DNA of 64,000 nt from Isurus oxyrinchus (GCA_026770705.1 JANJGN010000033.1:15562001-15626000); one strand, 5' to 3'. Shown: positions 24,889 to 37,854, counted from the stretch's first letter. Numbers and translations are program-made. Notes: generated from the sequence alone by a model not told the origin.

Positions 24889-25595
24889 ACCAATTTTAAC
24901 CCAACTTTCCTGGTCAAGTCTAGTGCATCACTGCCTAGCAATGCTCATTCACGGATCATTTGGCAAGAGTGTCATATTAGCGAGGAGTAGGGAAGAGAAG
25001 CAGCAATGTCACGAGGGACAGCTTGACCACAGATCTTTCATTTGCAGAGCAGACAAACTTAGGAGCAGAGCAAGTGCGAGATGTGAAGCAATGTGTTGCA
25101 AAACATGAGGCCAAATTGGAATGGTGGACATGAAATTGTCAAGCGCTTGCAATTTTGCTAGCGAGTTTGATTTACAAACTTTCTTGTGGCTCAGCGAAAT
25201 ATCGCAATTTGCACTGCAGCTCGACGTCTCAAACTGTGTTCACTCGCCATAAATCCCTCTCCGTGGGAGGCTGCCTGAGGCTTTGGCAAGCAGTTCGCAA
25301 CCTAGGTCTCATGGCTCACCTTGAGATGACCTGCCAACGCAGGTCCATTGCCTCACCAGGAACAAGTGCGCACTTTCAAAGGTAATGATTTGATGAAGCC
25401 TTTGGTGAGTTCTCCTAAAATCACCCTATGCGGCTTTGGACAAAATGGTTTGATATAATCTAGGTGTGAAGTGTCTTGCAAACGTTTCCCTTGTCAACGG
25501 CATCAAGTAATGAAGTTTCGTTGTCGTTGTTCCAGTTGCTGCCATGTTAAATGTAAGAATACATCTTCTTTGAGAAACCACCCTGTCGTTGTCTG

Positions 25596-25667
25596 GGTTC
25601 CATGGTGTAGTGGTGAAAACTCTGGCCTCTGAATCCAGCGATCCGAGTTCAAATTTCAGTGGGACCT
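25596..25667 (+). pseudogene. tRNA-Gln(CTG) degenerate
   Basis: D-arm changes, A31C, C61T, T-stem mismatch. Confidence 0.8.
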
Positions 25668-25971
25668 TGTTCTTTTGACAATCCCACTGACAGGCTCGGC
25701 AAATTGCGTCTCCTTTACATTTGCCATGGCGTACGATTCAGAGGGCTAATTTTGAACCAGCTCGCCTGCCATTTGAATGCGCATGACTGAGCCTCTTGTG
25801 CCAGCTTCCTGCACTATCATTGTTTTGGCTTTTGGTCCTGCTCTTTATCTGTCCCATTGAAAGGATGCAACAGTTTGCGTCACACAAGGAGAACCATTCA
25901 ACGGGTCCCAGGGAACTTTGGCGCCAATGTGAATGCAGAAAAGACATGTGCCTGAATACTGGGGCAGTGTA

Positions 25972-26043
25972 GGTTCTGTGGTGTAACGGTGAGCACTCTG
26001 GACTTTGAATCCAGTGATCCGAGTTCAAATCTCGGCGGAGCCA
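25972..26043 (+). tRNA. tRNA-Gln-TTG: tRNA-Gln(TTG), structurally intact
   Basis: Same as 22857. Confidence 0.82.
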
Positions 26044-26312
26044 AGTTTCTTGTTTGCCCAGCTGCTGTTAACATTTGAGGCAGGTGAGTGGAAGCCTGAA
26101 GAGTTTAAGGTCACTGCTGATGACAGGCACTTTTCTGGTTTTCAACTCTTCATATTCCATAGCGATAGGCAGCTCAGGCTGATGCTATATTCCTGAGGTG
26201 CAGGCAGAGTTTCAATGGCTGCACGGCATTTGAAATTCAGCAGGCAAGCTCGAAAGCATTAAAGGGCAGGCAGATATCACTTCAATTGCGTCCTTGAAGA
26301 GCGCCAAATTTG

Positions 26313-26714
26313 TGTTCTGTGGAAGGGTCATGAAGACTCGAAACGTCAACTCTTTTCTTCTCCGCTGATACTCTTTCGAGTACAAACCCATTTCCATCTG
26401 TTTCAGATGAAGTTACATTGTTTCATAGTTTGCCATTGTGAGATTTGAACTCTTGATAATCTTTTAAATGAAAACCAAATCAACAAAATTGGGATAAATC
26501 AGGCACAGCCCCTAATTCAGGTCAGCTGGAAAACCAAGAACAAAGTTTAAAGGAAACTTACAAACTTTAAATCAAAATGTGACTAAAGGGGTCAACAAAA
26601 CACTCCAGTCCCCGCGGTGCCCACCGAGCACGGAAGTGCTGCCAGATCGGTTGAGTTTATCCAGGTAAATGTGTTTTTGTTTTGGATTTCCAGCCACTGC
26701 AGTTTTTTGTTATT
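26313..26714 (+). mobile_element. Penelope-like short element interrupted by a 268-bp insert (26370-26637)
   Basis: Element split at ccgctgat|gctgccag. Confidence 0.75.
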
Positions 26715-27419
26715 ACCAATTTTAACCCAACTTTCCTGGTCAAGTCTCGTGCATCACTGCCTAGCAATGCTCATTCACGGATCATTTGGCAAGAGTGTCA
26801 TATTAGCGAGGAGTAGGGAAGAGAAGCAGCAATGTCACGAGTGGCAGCTTGACTACAGATCTTTCATTTGCAGAGCAGACAAACTTAGGAGCAGAGCAAG
26901 TGCAGGAGCTGAAGCAATGTGTTGCAAAACATGAAGCCAACGTGAAATGAAGGACATGGAATATAAAGCGCTTGCAGTTTTGCTCCCGATATAGTTTGCA
27001 AACTTTCTTGTGGCTCAGCAACTCGTCGCAATTTGCAGTGCAGCTCGACATCTCAAACTATGTTCACTCGCCATAAATCCTCCTCCGTGGGAGGTTACCT
27101 GAGTCTTTGGCAAGCAGTTCGCAACCTAGGTCTCATGGCTCACCTTGAGATGACCTGCCAATGCAGGTCCATTGGCTCACCAGGAACAAGTGCGCACTTT
27201 CAAAGGTAATGATTTGATGAAGCCTTTGATGAGCTCTCCTAAAATCTCCCTATGTGACTTGTGCCAAAATGGTTTGATATCATCTAGTTGTGAAGTGTCT
27301 TGCAAACGTTTCCCTTGTCAATGGCATCAAGTGACAATGTGTCGTTGTCGCTGTTCCGGTTGCTGCCATGTTAAATGTAAGAAGTAATCTTCTTTGAGAA
27401 ACAATTCAGCAGACATCTA

Positions 27420-27491
27420 GGTTCCATGGTGTAATGGTGAGCACTCTGGACTCTGAATCTTGCAATCCGAGTCCAAATCTCAGTTGAAGCT
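27420..27491 (+). pseudogene. tRNA-Gln(CTG) degenerate (variant P)
   Basis: TCTTG, GTCC, TTGAAGC. Confidence 0.8.
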
Positions 27492-27796
27492 TGCGCTTTT
27501 GACAATCCAGCTGAGAGGCTCGGCAAATTGCCTCTCGTTTACAATTGCCATGGCGTACGATTTGAGAGGGCAAATTTTGAATCAGCTTGCCTGCCATTTG
27601 AATGTGCATGACTGAGCCTCTTGCGCCAGCTGCCTGCACTATCATTGTTTTGGCTCTTTGTCCTGCTCTTTATCTGTCCCATTGACAGGATGCATCAGTT
27701 TGCGTCACACAAGGAGAACCATCGGACGGTTCGCTGGGAACTTTGGCGCCAATGTGAATGCAGAAAAGACATGAGCCTGACAACAGCTGCAATGTG

Positions 27797-27868
27797 GGTT
27801 CCGTGGTATAATGGTGAGCCCTATGAACTTTTAATGTAGCGATCTGAGTTCAAATCTCAGTGGAACCC
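27797..27868 (+). pseudogene. tRNA-Gln-derived pseudogene (anticodon TTT)
   Basis: Anticodon stem ATGAA/TGTAG does not pair. Confidence 0.85.
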
Positions 27869-28840
27869 AGTTCCATGTTTGCCCAGCTACTGTTAAAATT
27901 TAAGGCGGGTGCATGGAAGCTTGAAGAGCTGAATGTCTCAGCTGATGACAGTCCCTTTCCTAGCTTTTGACTCTTCATATTGTTGAGCGATAGGCGGCTC
28001 AGGCTGATGCTATATGGCTGAGGTGGAGGCAGCAGTTGCATTGGGTGCACGGCATTTGAAATTCAGCAGGCACGCTCAAAAGCATTCAAGAGCAGGCATA
28101 TATCACTTCAATTGTGTCCTTGATGAGTACCAATTTTATCCCGTGTTTCCTGTTCAAGTCTCGTGCGTCACTGCCTGGCAATGCTTATTTACGAATCATT
28201 GGGCAAGAGTCATATTAGAAAGAAGTAGGGAAGAGATGCAGCAATGTCACGAGTGGCAGCTTTACTGCAGCTCTTTCATTTGCAGAGCAGACAAACTTAG
28301 GAGCAGAGCAAGTGCGAGAGCTGAAGCAATATGTTGCAAAACATGAAGCCAACGTGAAATGAAGGACATGGAACGTAAAGCGCTTGCAATTTTGTTCCCG
28401 ATATAGATTGCAAACTTTCTTGTGGCTCAGCAAAACATTGCAATTTGCAGTGCAGCTCGACGTCTCAAACTATGTTCACTCGCCATAAATCCCTCTCCGT
28501 GGGAGGCTGCCTGAGGCTTTGGCAAGCAGTTCGCAACCTAGGTCTCATGGCTCACCTTGAGATGACCTGTCAACGCAGGTCCGTTGCCTCACCAGGAACA
28601 AGTGCGCACTTTCAAAGGTAATGATTTGATGAAGCCTTTGTTAAGCTCTCCTAAAATCTCCCTATGCGACTTGTGCCAAAATGGTTTGATATCATCTAGG
28701 TGTGAAGTGTCTTGCAAACTTTTCCCTTGTCAACAGTGTCAAGTAACGACGTGTCGTTGTCGCTGTTCCGGTTGCTGCCATGTTAAATGTAAGAAGTAAT
28801 CTTCTTTGAGAAACAATTCAGAATGAAGCTGCATCCTCTG

Positions 28841-28912
28841 GGTTCCATGGTGTAATGGTGAGCACTCTGGACTCTGAATCCTGCGATCTGAGTTCAAGTC
28901 TTGGTGGAACCT
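28841..28912 (+). pseudogene. tRNA-Gln(CTG) variant B, function uncertain
   Basis: Same as 6857. Confidence 0.55.
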
Positions 28913-29217
28913 TGTACTTTTGACAATCCAGCCGACAAGCTCGGCCAATTGCATCTCCTTTACAATTGCCATGGCGTACGATTCGAGAGAGCAAATTTTG
29001 AACCAGGTCGCCTGCCGTTTGAATGCGCATGACTGAGCGTCTTGCGCCAGCTTCCTGCACCATCATTGTTTTGGCTCTTGGTCCTGCTCTTTATCTGTCC
29101 CATTGAAAGGATGCAACTGTTTGCGTCACACGAGGAGAACCATTCGATGGTTCGCTGGGAACTTTGGCGCCATTGTGAATGCAGAAAAGACATGAGCCTG
29201 ATGTCGGCGGGCATGTA

Positions 29218-29289
29218 GGTTCCATGGTGTAATGGTGAGCATTCTGGACTTTGCATCCAGTGATCTGAGTTCAAATCTCAATGGAGCCA
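29218..29289 (+). pseudogene. tRNA-Gln(TTG) degenerate
   Basis: C37, T-stem mismatch. Confidence 0.7.
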
Positions 29290-30264
29290 AGTTTCTTGTT
29301 TGTCCAGCTGCTGTTAAAATTTGAGGCAGGTGAGTGAAAGCCTGAAGAGCTCAAGGCCTCTGCTGATGACAGGCCCTTTTCTGGCTTTCACCTCCTCATA
29401 TTCTTGAGTGATAGGTGGCTCAGGCTGATGCGATATTCCTGAGGGGGAGGCGGCAGTTGCATTGGGTGCACGGCATTTGAAATTCAGCAGGCAAGCTTGA
29501 AAGCATTCAAGGGCAGGCAGATATCACTTCAATTGCGTCCTTGAAGAGTCCCAATTTTATCCCGTCTTTGCGGGTCAAGTCTCGTGCATCACTGCCTAGC
29601 AATGCTCATTCACGGATCATTTGGCAAGAGTATAATTTTAGCGAGAAGTAGGGAAGGGAAGCAGCAATGTCACGAGTGGCAGCTTGATGACAGCTCTTTC
29701 ATTTGCAGAGCAGACAAACGTAGGAGCAGAGCAAGTGCGAGATCTGAAGCAATGTGTTGCAAGACATGAAGCCAAAGTGGAATGGTGGACATGGAATATA
29801 AAGCGCTTGCAAGTTTGCTAGCGAGATGGATTTCCAGATTTTCTTGTGGCTCAGCGAAACATCGCAATTGGCACTGCAGCTCGATGTCTCAAACTATGTT
29901 CACTTGCCATAAATCCCTGTCCATGGGAGGCTGCCTGAGTCTTTGGCAAGCAGTTCGCAACCTAGGTCTCATGGCTCACCTTGAGATGACCTGTCAACGC
30001 AGGTCCGTTGCCTCACCAGGAACAAGTGCGAACTTTCAAACGCAATGATTTGGTTAAGCATTTGATGAGATCTCCTAAAATCTCCCTATTCGACATGTGC
30101 CAAAATGGTTTGATATAATCTAGGTGTGAAGTGTCTTGCAAACAGTTCCCTTGTCAACGGCATCAAGTAACAACGTGTCATTGTCGCTGTTCCGGTTGCT
30201 GCCATGTTAAATGTAAGAAGTAATCTTCTGTGAGAAACAATTCAACCTGAGGCTGCATCCTCTG

Positions 30265-30336
30265 GGTTCCATGGTGTAATGGTGAGCACTCTGGACTCTG
30301 AATCCAGCAATCCGAGTTTAAATCTCAGTGGAACCT
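30265..30336 (+). pseudogene. tRNA-Gln(CTG) degenerate (variant C)
   Basis: B box GTTTAAATC, T-stem mismatch. Confidence 0.75.
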
Positions 30337-30641
30337 TGTACTTTTGACAATCCCGCTGACAAGCTTGGCCAATTGTGTCTCCTTTACAATGGCCATGGCG
30401 TCCGATTCGAGAGGGCAAATTTTGAACCAGCTCGCCTGCCATTTGAATGCGCATGACTGAGCCTCTTGCACCAGCTGCCTGCACTGTCATTGTTTTGGCT
30501 CTTGGCCCTGCTCTTTATCTGTCCCATTGAAAGGATGCAACAGTTTATATCACACGAGGAGAACCATTCGATGGTTCACTGAGAACTTTGGCGCCAATGT
30601 GAATGCAGAAAAGACATGCAGCTGCCGACAGCTGCAATGTA

Positions 30642-30713
30642 GGTTCCATGGTGTAATGGTGAGCATTCTGGACTTTGAATCCAATGATCTGAGTTCAAAT
30701 TTCAATGGAACCA
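30642..30713 (+). pseudogene. tRNA-Gln(TTG) degenerate
   Basis: C61T, stem mismatches. Confidence 0.75.
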
Positions 30714-31677
30714 AGTTTCTTGTTTGCCCAGCTGCTGTTAAAATTTGAGACAGGTAAGTAAAATCCTGAAGAGCTCAAGGCCTCTGCTGATGGTAGGCCC
30801 TTTTCTGGCTTTCAACTTTTCCTATTCTTGAGCGATAGGCGGCTCAGGCTGATGCTATATTCCTGAGCGGGAGGCGGCAGTTGCATTGGGTGCACGGCAT
30901 TTGAAATTCAGGCAAGCTCAAAAGCTTACAAGGGCAGGCAGATATCACTTCAACTGCGTCCTTGAAGAGCACCAATTTTATCCCGTCTTTCCGGGTCAAG
31001 TCTCATGCATCACTGCCTAGCAATGCTCATTCACGGATCATTTGGCAAGAGTGTCATATTAGCGAGAAGTAGGGAAGGGAAGCAGCAATGTCACGAGTGA
31101 CAGCTTTACTGCAGCTCTTTCATTTGCAGAGCAGACAAACTTAGGATCAGAGCAAGTGCAAGAGCTGAAGCAATGTGTTGCAAGACATGAAGCCAAAGTG
31201 GAATGGTGGACATGAAATTTTCAAGCGCTTGCAATTTTGCTAGCGAGTTAGATTCACAAATTTTCTTGTGGCTCAGCGAAACATCGCAATTTGCAGTGCA
31301 GCTCGATGTCTCAAACTATGTTCACTCGCCATAAATCCCTCTCCGTGGGAGGCTGCCTGAGGCTTTGGCAAGCAGTTCGCAACCTAGGTCCCATGGCTCA
31401 CCTTGAGATGACCTGCCAACGCAGGTCCGTTGCCTCACCAGGAACAAGTGAGCACTTGCAAACGTAATGATTTGATGAAGCCTTTGATGAGCTCTCCTAA
31501 AATCTCCCTATGCGACTTGTGCCAAAATGGTTTGATATCATCTAGGTGTGAAGTGTCTTACAAACTTTTCCATTGTCAATGGCATCAAGTAACAATGTGT
31601 CGTCGTCGCTGTTCCAGTTGCTGCCATGTTAAATGTAAGAAGTAATCTTCTTTGAGAAACCACCCCATTGTTGTCTG

Positions 31678-31749
31678 GTTTCCATGGTGTAATGGTGAGC
31701 ACTCTGGACTTTGAATCCAGCGATCCGAGTTCAAATCTCGGTGGGACCT
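31678..31749 (+). tRNA. tRNA-Gln-TTG: Slot-1 tRNA-Gln with TTG anticodon
   Basis: Slot-1 body and flanks, loop CTTTGAA; G2T acceptor mismatch. Confidence 0.65.
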
Positions 31750-32053
31750 TGTTCTTTTGACAATCCCACTGACAGGCTCGGCAAATTGCATCTCCTTTAC
31801 ATTTGCCATGGCGTACGATTCAGAGGGCAAATTTTGAAGCAGCTTGCCTGCCATTTGAATGCGCATGACTGAGCCTCTTGTGCCAGCTTCCTGCACTATC
31901 ATTGTTTTGGCTTTTGGTCCTGCTCTTTATCTGTCCCATTGAAAGGATGCAACAGTTTGCATCACACAAGGAGAACCATTCAACGGGTCCCTGGGAACTT
32001 TGGCGCCAATGTGAATGCCGAAAAGACATGTGCCTGAGTGCTGGTGCAGTATA

Positions 32054-32125
32054 GGTTCTGTGGTGTAACGGTGAGCACTCTGGACTTTGAATCCAGTGAT
32101 CCGAGTTCAAATCTCGGCGGAGCCA
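32054..32125 (+). tRNA. tRNA-Gln-TTG: tRNA-Gln(TTG), structurally intact
   Basis: Same as 22857. Confidence 0.82.
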
Positions 32126-32394
32126 AGTTTCTTGATTGCCCAGCTGCTGTTAACATTTGAGGCAGGTGAGTGGAAGCCTGAAGAGTTTCAGGTCACTGCT
32201 GATGACAGGCACTTTTCTGGTTTTCAACTCTTCATATTCCATAGTGATAGGCGGCTCAGGCTGATGCTATATTCCTGAGGTGCAGGCAGAGTTTCAATGG
32301 CTGCACGGCATTTGAAATTCAGCAGGCAAGCTCGAAAGCATTAAAGGGCAGGCAGATATCACTTCAATTGCGTCCTTGAGGAGCGCCAAATTTG

Positions 32395-32528
32395 TGTTCT
32401 GTCGAAGGGTCATGAGGACTCGAAACATCAACTCTTTTCTTCTCCGCCGATGCTGCCAGATCGGTTGAGTTTATCCAGGTAAATGTGTTTTTGTTTTGGA
32501 TTTCCAGCCACTGCAGTTTTTTGTTATC
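32395..32528 (+). mobile_element. 134-bp Penelope-like short element
   Basis: Same insertion and site. Confidence 0.75.
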
Positions 32529-33234
32529 ACCAATTTTAACCCAACTTTCCTGGTCAAGTCTCGTGCATCACTGCCCAGCAATGCTCATTCACGGATCATT
32601 TGGCAAGAGTGTCATATTAGCGAGGAGTAGGGAAGAGAAGCAGCAATGTCACGAGTGGCAGCTTGAACGCAGCTCTTTCATTTGCAGAGCAGACAAACTT
32701 AGGAGCAGAGCAAGTGCGAGAGCTGAAGCAATATGTTGCAAAACATGAAGCCAAAGTGGAATGGTGGACATGAAATTATCAAGCGCTTGCAATTTTGCTA
32801 GCGAGTTAGATTCACAAATTTTCTTGTGGCTCAGCGAAACATCGCAATTTGCAGTGCAGCTCGATGTCTCAAACTATGTTCACTCGCCATAAATCCCTCT
32901 CCGTGGGAGGCTGCCTGAGGCTTTGGCAAGCAGTTCGCAACCTAGGTCTCATGGCTCAGCTTGAGATGACCTGTCAACGCAGGTCCGTTGCCTCACCAGG
33001 AACAAGTGCGCACTTTCAAAGGTAATGATTTGATGAAGTCTTTGACGAGCTCTCCTAAAATCTCCCTATGCGACTTGTGCCAAAATGGTTTGATATAATC
33101 TAGGTGTGAAGTGTCTTGCAAACGTTTCCCTTGTCAATGGCATCAAGTAACGAAGTTTCGTAGTCGCTGTTCCAGTTGCTGCCATGTTAAATGTAAGAAT
33201 ACATCTTCATGAGAAAGCACCCTGTTGTTGTCTA

Positions 33235-33306
33235 GGTTCCATGGTGTAATGGTGAGCACTCTGGACTCTGAATCCAGCGATCCGAGTTCAAATCTCGGTG
33301 GGACCT
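33235..33306 (+). tRNA. tRNA-Gln-CTG: tRNA-Gln(CTG), intact
   Basis: Canonical body, T4 downstream. Confidence 0.95.
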
Positions 33307-33610
33307 TGTGCTTTTGACAATCCCACTGAGAGGCTCGGCAAATTGCGTCTCCTTTACATTTGCCATGTCGTACGATTCAGAGGGCTAATTTTGAACCAGC
33401 TCGCCTGCCATTTGAATGTGCATGACTGAGCGTCTTGCGCCAGCTTCCTGCACCGTCATTGTTTTGGCTCTTGGCCCTGCTCTTTATCTGTCCCATTGAA
33501 AGGATGCAACAGTTTGCGTCACACAAGGAGAACCATTGGACGGTTCGCTGGGAACTTTGGCGCCAATGTGAATGCAGAAAAGACATGATCCTGAGAGGAG
33601 CTGCAATGTG

Positions 33611-33681
33611 GGTTCCGTGGTGTAACGGTGAGCACTGTCGACTTTGAATCCAGCGATTGATTTCAAATCTCCGTGGAACCA
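33611..33681 (+). pseudogene. tRNA-Gln(TTG) pseudogene
   Basis: Same as 21299. Confidence 0.85.
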
Positions 33682-34646
33682 AGTTCCATGTTTGCCCGGC
33701 TATTGTTAAAATTTAAGGCAGGTGCATGGAAGCTTGAAGAGCTCAATGTCTCAGCTGATGACAGTCCCTTTCCTAGCTTTTGACTCTTCATATTCTTGAG
33801 CGATAGGCGGCTCAGGCTGATGCTATATGTCTGAGGTGGAGGCAGCAGTTGCATTGGGTGCACGGCATTTGAAATTCAGCAGGCAAGCTCAAAAGCATTC
33901 AAGAGCAGGCATATATCGCTTCAATTGCGTCCTTGAGGAGCACCAATTTTATCCCGTGTTTCCTGTTCAAGTCTCGTGCGTCACTGCCTGGCAAGGCTTA
34001 TTTACGAATCATTGGGCAAGAGTGTCATATTAGAGAGAAGTAGGGAAGAGACGCAGCAATGTCACGAGTGGCAGCTTTACTGCAGCTCTTTCATTTGCAG
34101 AGCAGACAAACTTAGGAGCAGAGCAAGTGCAGGAGCTGAAGCAATATGTTGCAAAACATGAAGCCAACGTGAAATGAAGGACACGGAATATAAAGCGCTT
34201 GCAATTTTGCTCCCGATATAGTTTGCAAACTTTCTTGTGGCTCAGCGAAGCATCGCAATTTGCAGTGCAGCTCGACATCTCAAACTATGTTCACTCGCCA
34301 TAAATCCTCCTCCGTGGGAGGCTGCCTGAGTCTTTGGCAAGCAGTTCGCAACCTAGGTCTCATGGCTCACCTTGAGATGACCTGCCAACGCAGGTCCGTT
34401 GCCTCACCAGGAACAAGTGCGCACTTTCAAAGGTAATGATTTGATGAAGCCTTTGATGAGCTCTCCTAAAATCTCGCTATGCGACTTGTACCAAAATGGT
34501 TTGATATCATCTAGGTGTGAAGTGTCTTGCAAACTTTTCCCTTGTCAATGGAATCAAGTGACAATGTGTCGTTGTCGCTGTTCCGGTTGCTGCCATGTTA
34601 AATGTAAGAAGTAATCTTCTTTGAGAAACAATTCAGCAGACATCTA

Positions 34647-34718
34647 GGTTCCATGGTGTAATGGTGAGCACTCTGGACTCTGAATCTTGCAATCCGAGTC
34701 CAAATCTCAGTTGAAGCT
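34647..34718 (+). pseudogene. tRNA-Gln(CTG) degenerate (variant P)
   Basis: TCTTG, GTCC, TTGAAGC. Confidence 0.8.
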
Positions 34719-35023
34719 TGCGGTTTTGACAATCCAGCTGAGAAGCTCGGCAAATTGCCTCTCGTTTACAATTTCCGTGGCGTACGTTTTGAGAGGTCAA
34801 ATTTTGAATCAGCTTGCCTGCCATTTGAATGTGCATGACTGAGCCTCTTGCGCCAGCTGCCTGCACCATCATTGTTTTGGCTCTTGGTCCTGCTCTTTAT
34901 ATGTCCCATTGAAAGGATGCAACAGTTTGCGTCACACAAGGAGAACCATTGGACGGTTCGCTGGGACCTTTGGCGCCAATGTGAATGCAGAAAAGACATG
35001 AGCCTGACAGCAGCTGCAATGTG

Positions 35024-35094
35024 GGTTCGTGGTGTAATGGTGAGCACTATGAACTTTGAATGTAGCGATCTGAGTTCAAATCTCAGTGGAACCC
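35024..35094 (+). pseudogene. tRNA-Gln(TTG) pseudogene
   Basis: 1-nt acceptor deletion, broken anticodon stem. Confidence 0.85.
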
Positions 35095-36065
35095 AGTTCC
35101 ATGTTTGCCCAGCTACTGTTAAAATTTAAGGCGGGTGCATGGAAGCTTGAAGAGCTCAATATCTCAGCTGATGACAGTACCTTTCCTAGCTTTTGACTCT
35201 TCATATTGTTGAGCGATAGGCGGCTCAGGCTGATTCTGTATGGCTGAGGTGGAGGCAGCAGTTGCATTGGGTGCACGGCATTTGAAATTCAGCAGGCAAG
35301 CTCAAAAGCATTCAAGAGCAGGCATATATCACTTCAATTGTGTCCTTGATGAGTACCAATTTTATCCCGTGTTTCCTGTTCAAGTCTCGTGCATCACTCC
35401 TGGCAAGGCTTATTTACGAATCATTGGGCAAGAGTCATATTAGAGAGAAGTAGGGAAGAGATGCAACAATGTCACGAGTGGCAGCTTTACTGCAGCTCTT
35501 TCATTTGCAGAGCAGACAAACTTAGGAGCAGAGCAAGTGCGTGATCTGAAGCAATGTGTTGCAAAACATGAAGCCAACGTGAAATGAAGGACACGGAACG
35601 TAAAGCGCTTGCAATTTTGTTCCCGATATAGTTTGCAAACTTTCTTGTGGCTCAGCAAATCATTGCAATTTGCAGTGCAGCTCGACGTCTCAAACTATGT
35701 TCACTCGCCATAAATCCCTCTCCGTGGGAGGCTGCCTGAGTCTTTGGCAAGCAGTTCGCAACCTAGGTCTCATGGCTCACCTTGAGATGACCTGTCAACG
35801 CAGGTCCGTTGCCTCACCAGGAACAAGTGCGCACTTTCAAAGGTAATGATTTGATGAAGCCTTTGTTAAGCTCTCCTAAAATCTCCCTATGCGACTTGTG
35901 CCAAAATGGTTTGATATAATCTAGGTGTGAAGTGTCTTGCAAACTTTTCCCTTGTCAATGGCATCAAGTGATAATGTGTTGATGTCGCTGTTCTGGTTGC
36001 TGCCATGTTAAATGTAAGAAGTAATCTTCTTTGAGAAACACTTCAGCAGGAAACGGCAACCTCTG

Positions 36066-36137
36066 GGTTCCATGGTGTAATGGTGAGCACTCTGGACTCT
36101 GAATCCAGCCTTCGGAGTTCAAATCTCGGTGGAGCCT
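36066..36137 (+). tRNA. tRNA-Gln-CTG: tRNA-Gln(CTG) variant D
   Basis: Boxes intact; CCTTCGGAG variable loop/T stem with one G-G. Confidence 0.55.
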
Positions 36138-36442
36138 TGTACTTTTGACAATCCCGCTGACAAGCTTGGCCAATTGCATCTCCTTTACCTTTGCCATGGC
36201 GTCCGATTCGAGAGGGCAAATTTTGAACCAGCTCGCCTGCCATTTGAATGCGCATGACTGAGCCTCTTGCACCAGCTGCCTGCACTGTCATTGTTTTGGC
36301 TCTTGGCCCTGCTCTTTATCTGTCCCATTGAAAGGATGCAACAGTTTATATCACACGAGGAGAACCATTCGATGGTTCACTGAGAACTTTGGCGCCAATG
36401 TGAATGCAGAAAAGACATGCAGCTGCCGACAGCTGCAATGTA

Positions 36443-36514
36443 GGTTCCATGGTGTAATGGTGAGCATTCTGGACTTTGAATCCAGTGATCTGAGTTCAAA
36501 TTTCAATGGAACCA
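36443..36514 (+). pseudogene. tRNA-Gln(TTG) degenerate
   Basis: Same as 13969. Confidence 0.7.
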
Positions 36515-37478
36515 AGTTTCTTGTTTGCCCAGCTGCTGTTAAAATTTGAGACAGGTAAGTAAAATGCTGAAGAGCTCAAGGCCTCTGCTGATGGCAGGCC
36601 CTTTTCTGGCTTTCAACTTTTCCTATTCTTGAGCGATAGGCGGCTCAGGCTGATGCTTTATTCCTGATTGGGAGGCGGCAGTTGCATTGGGTGCACGGCA
36701 TTTGAAATTCAGGCAAGCTCAAAAGCATTCAAGGGCAGGCAGATATCACTTCAACTGCGTCCTTGAAGAGCACCAATTTTATCCCGTCTTTCCGGGTCAA
36801 GTCTCATGCATCACTGCCTAGCAATGCTCATTCACGGATCATTTGGCAAGAGTGTCATATTAGCGAGAAGTAGGGAAGGGAAGCAGCAATGTCACGAGTG
36901 ACAGCTTTACTGCAGCTCTTTCATTTGCAGAGCAGACAAACTTAGGAGCAGAGCAAGTGCGAGAGCTGAAGCAATGTGTTGCAAGACATGAAGCCAAAGT
37001 GGAATGGTGGACATGAAATTTTCAAGCGCTTGCAATTTTGCTAGCGAGTTAGATTCACAAATTTTCTTGTTGCTCAGCGAAACATCGCAATTTGCAGTGC
37101 AGCTCGATGTCTCAAACTATGTTCACTCGCCATAAATCCCTCTCCGTGGGAGGCTGCCTGAGGCTTTGGCAAGCAGTTCGCAACCTAGGTCTCATGGCTC
37201 ACCTTGAGATGACCTGCCAACGCAGGTCCGTTGCCTCACCAGGAACAAGTGAGCACTTTCAAAGGTAATGATTTGATGAAGCCTTTGATGAGCTCTCCTA
37301 AAATCTCCCTATGCGACTTGTGCCAAAATGGTTTGATATCATCTAGGTGTGAAGTGTCTTGCAAACTTTTCCATTGTCAATGGCATCAAGTGATAATGTG
37401 TCGTTGTCGCTGTTCCAGTTGCTGCCATGTTAAATGTAAGAAGTAATCTTCTTTGAGAAACCACCCCATTGTTGTCTG

Positions 37479-37550
37479 GGTTCCATGGTGTAATGGTGAG
37501 CACTCTGGACTCTGAATCCAGCGATCCGAGTTCAAATCTCGGTGGGACCT
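37479..37550 (+). tRNA. tRNA-Gln-CTG: tRNA-Gln(CTG), intact
   Basis: Canonical body, T4 downstream. Confidence 0.95.
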
Positions 37551-37854
37551 TGTGCTTTTGACAATCCCACTGAGAGGCTCGGCAAATTGCGTCTCCTTTA
37601 CATTTGCCATGGCGTACGATTCAGAGGGCTAATTTTGAACCAGCTCGCCTGCCATTTGAATGCGCATGACTGAGCGTCTTGCGCCAGCTTCCTGCACCAT
37701 CATTGTTTTGGCTCTTGGCCCTGCTCTTTATCTGTCCCATTGAAAGGATGCAACAGTGTGCGTCACACAAGGAGAACCATTGGACGGTTCGCTGGGAACT
37801 TTGTCGCCAATGTGAATGCAGAAAAGACATGATCCTGAGAGGCGCTGCAATGTG

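Noticed and set aside
27797-27868. Gln-to-Lys (TTT) anticodon switch as a mistranslating tRNA
   Set aside because: Anticodon and D stems are broken, so it is a pseudogene
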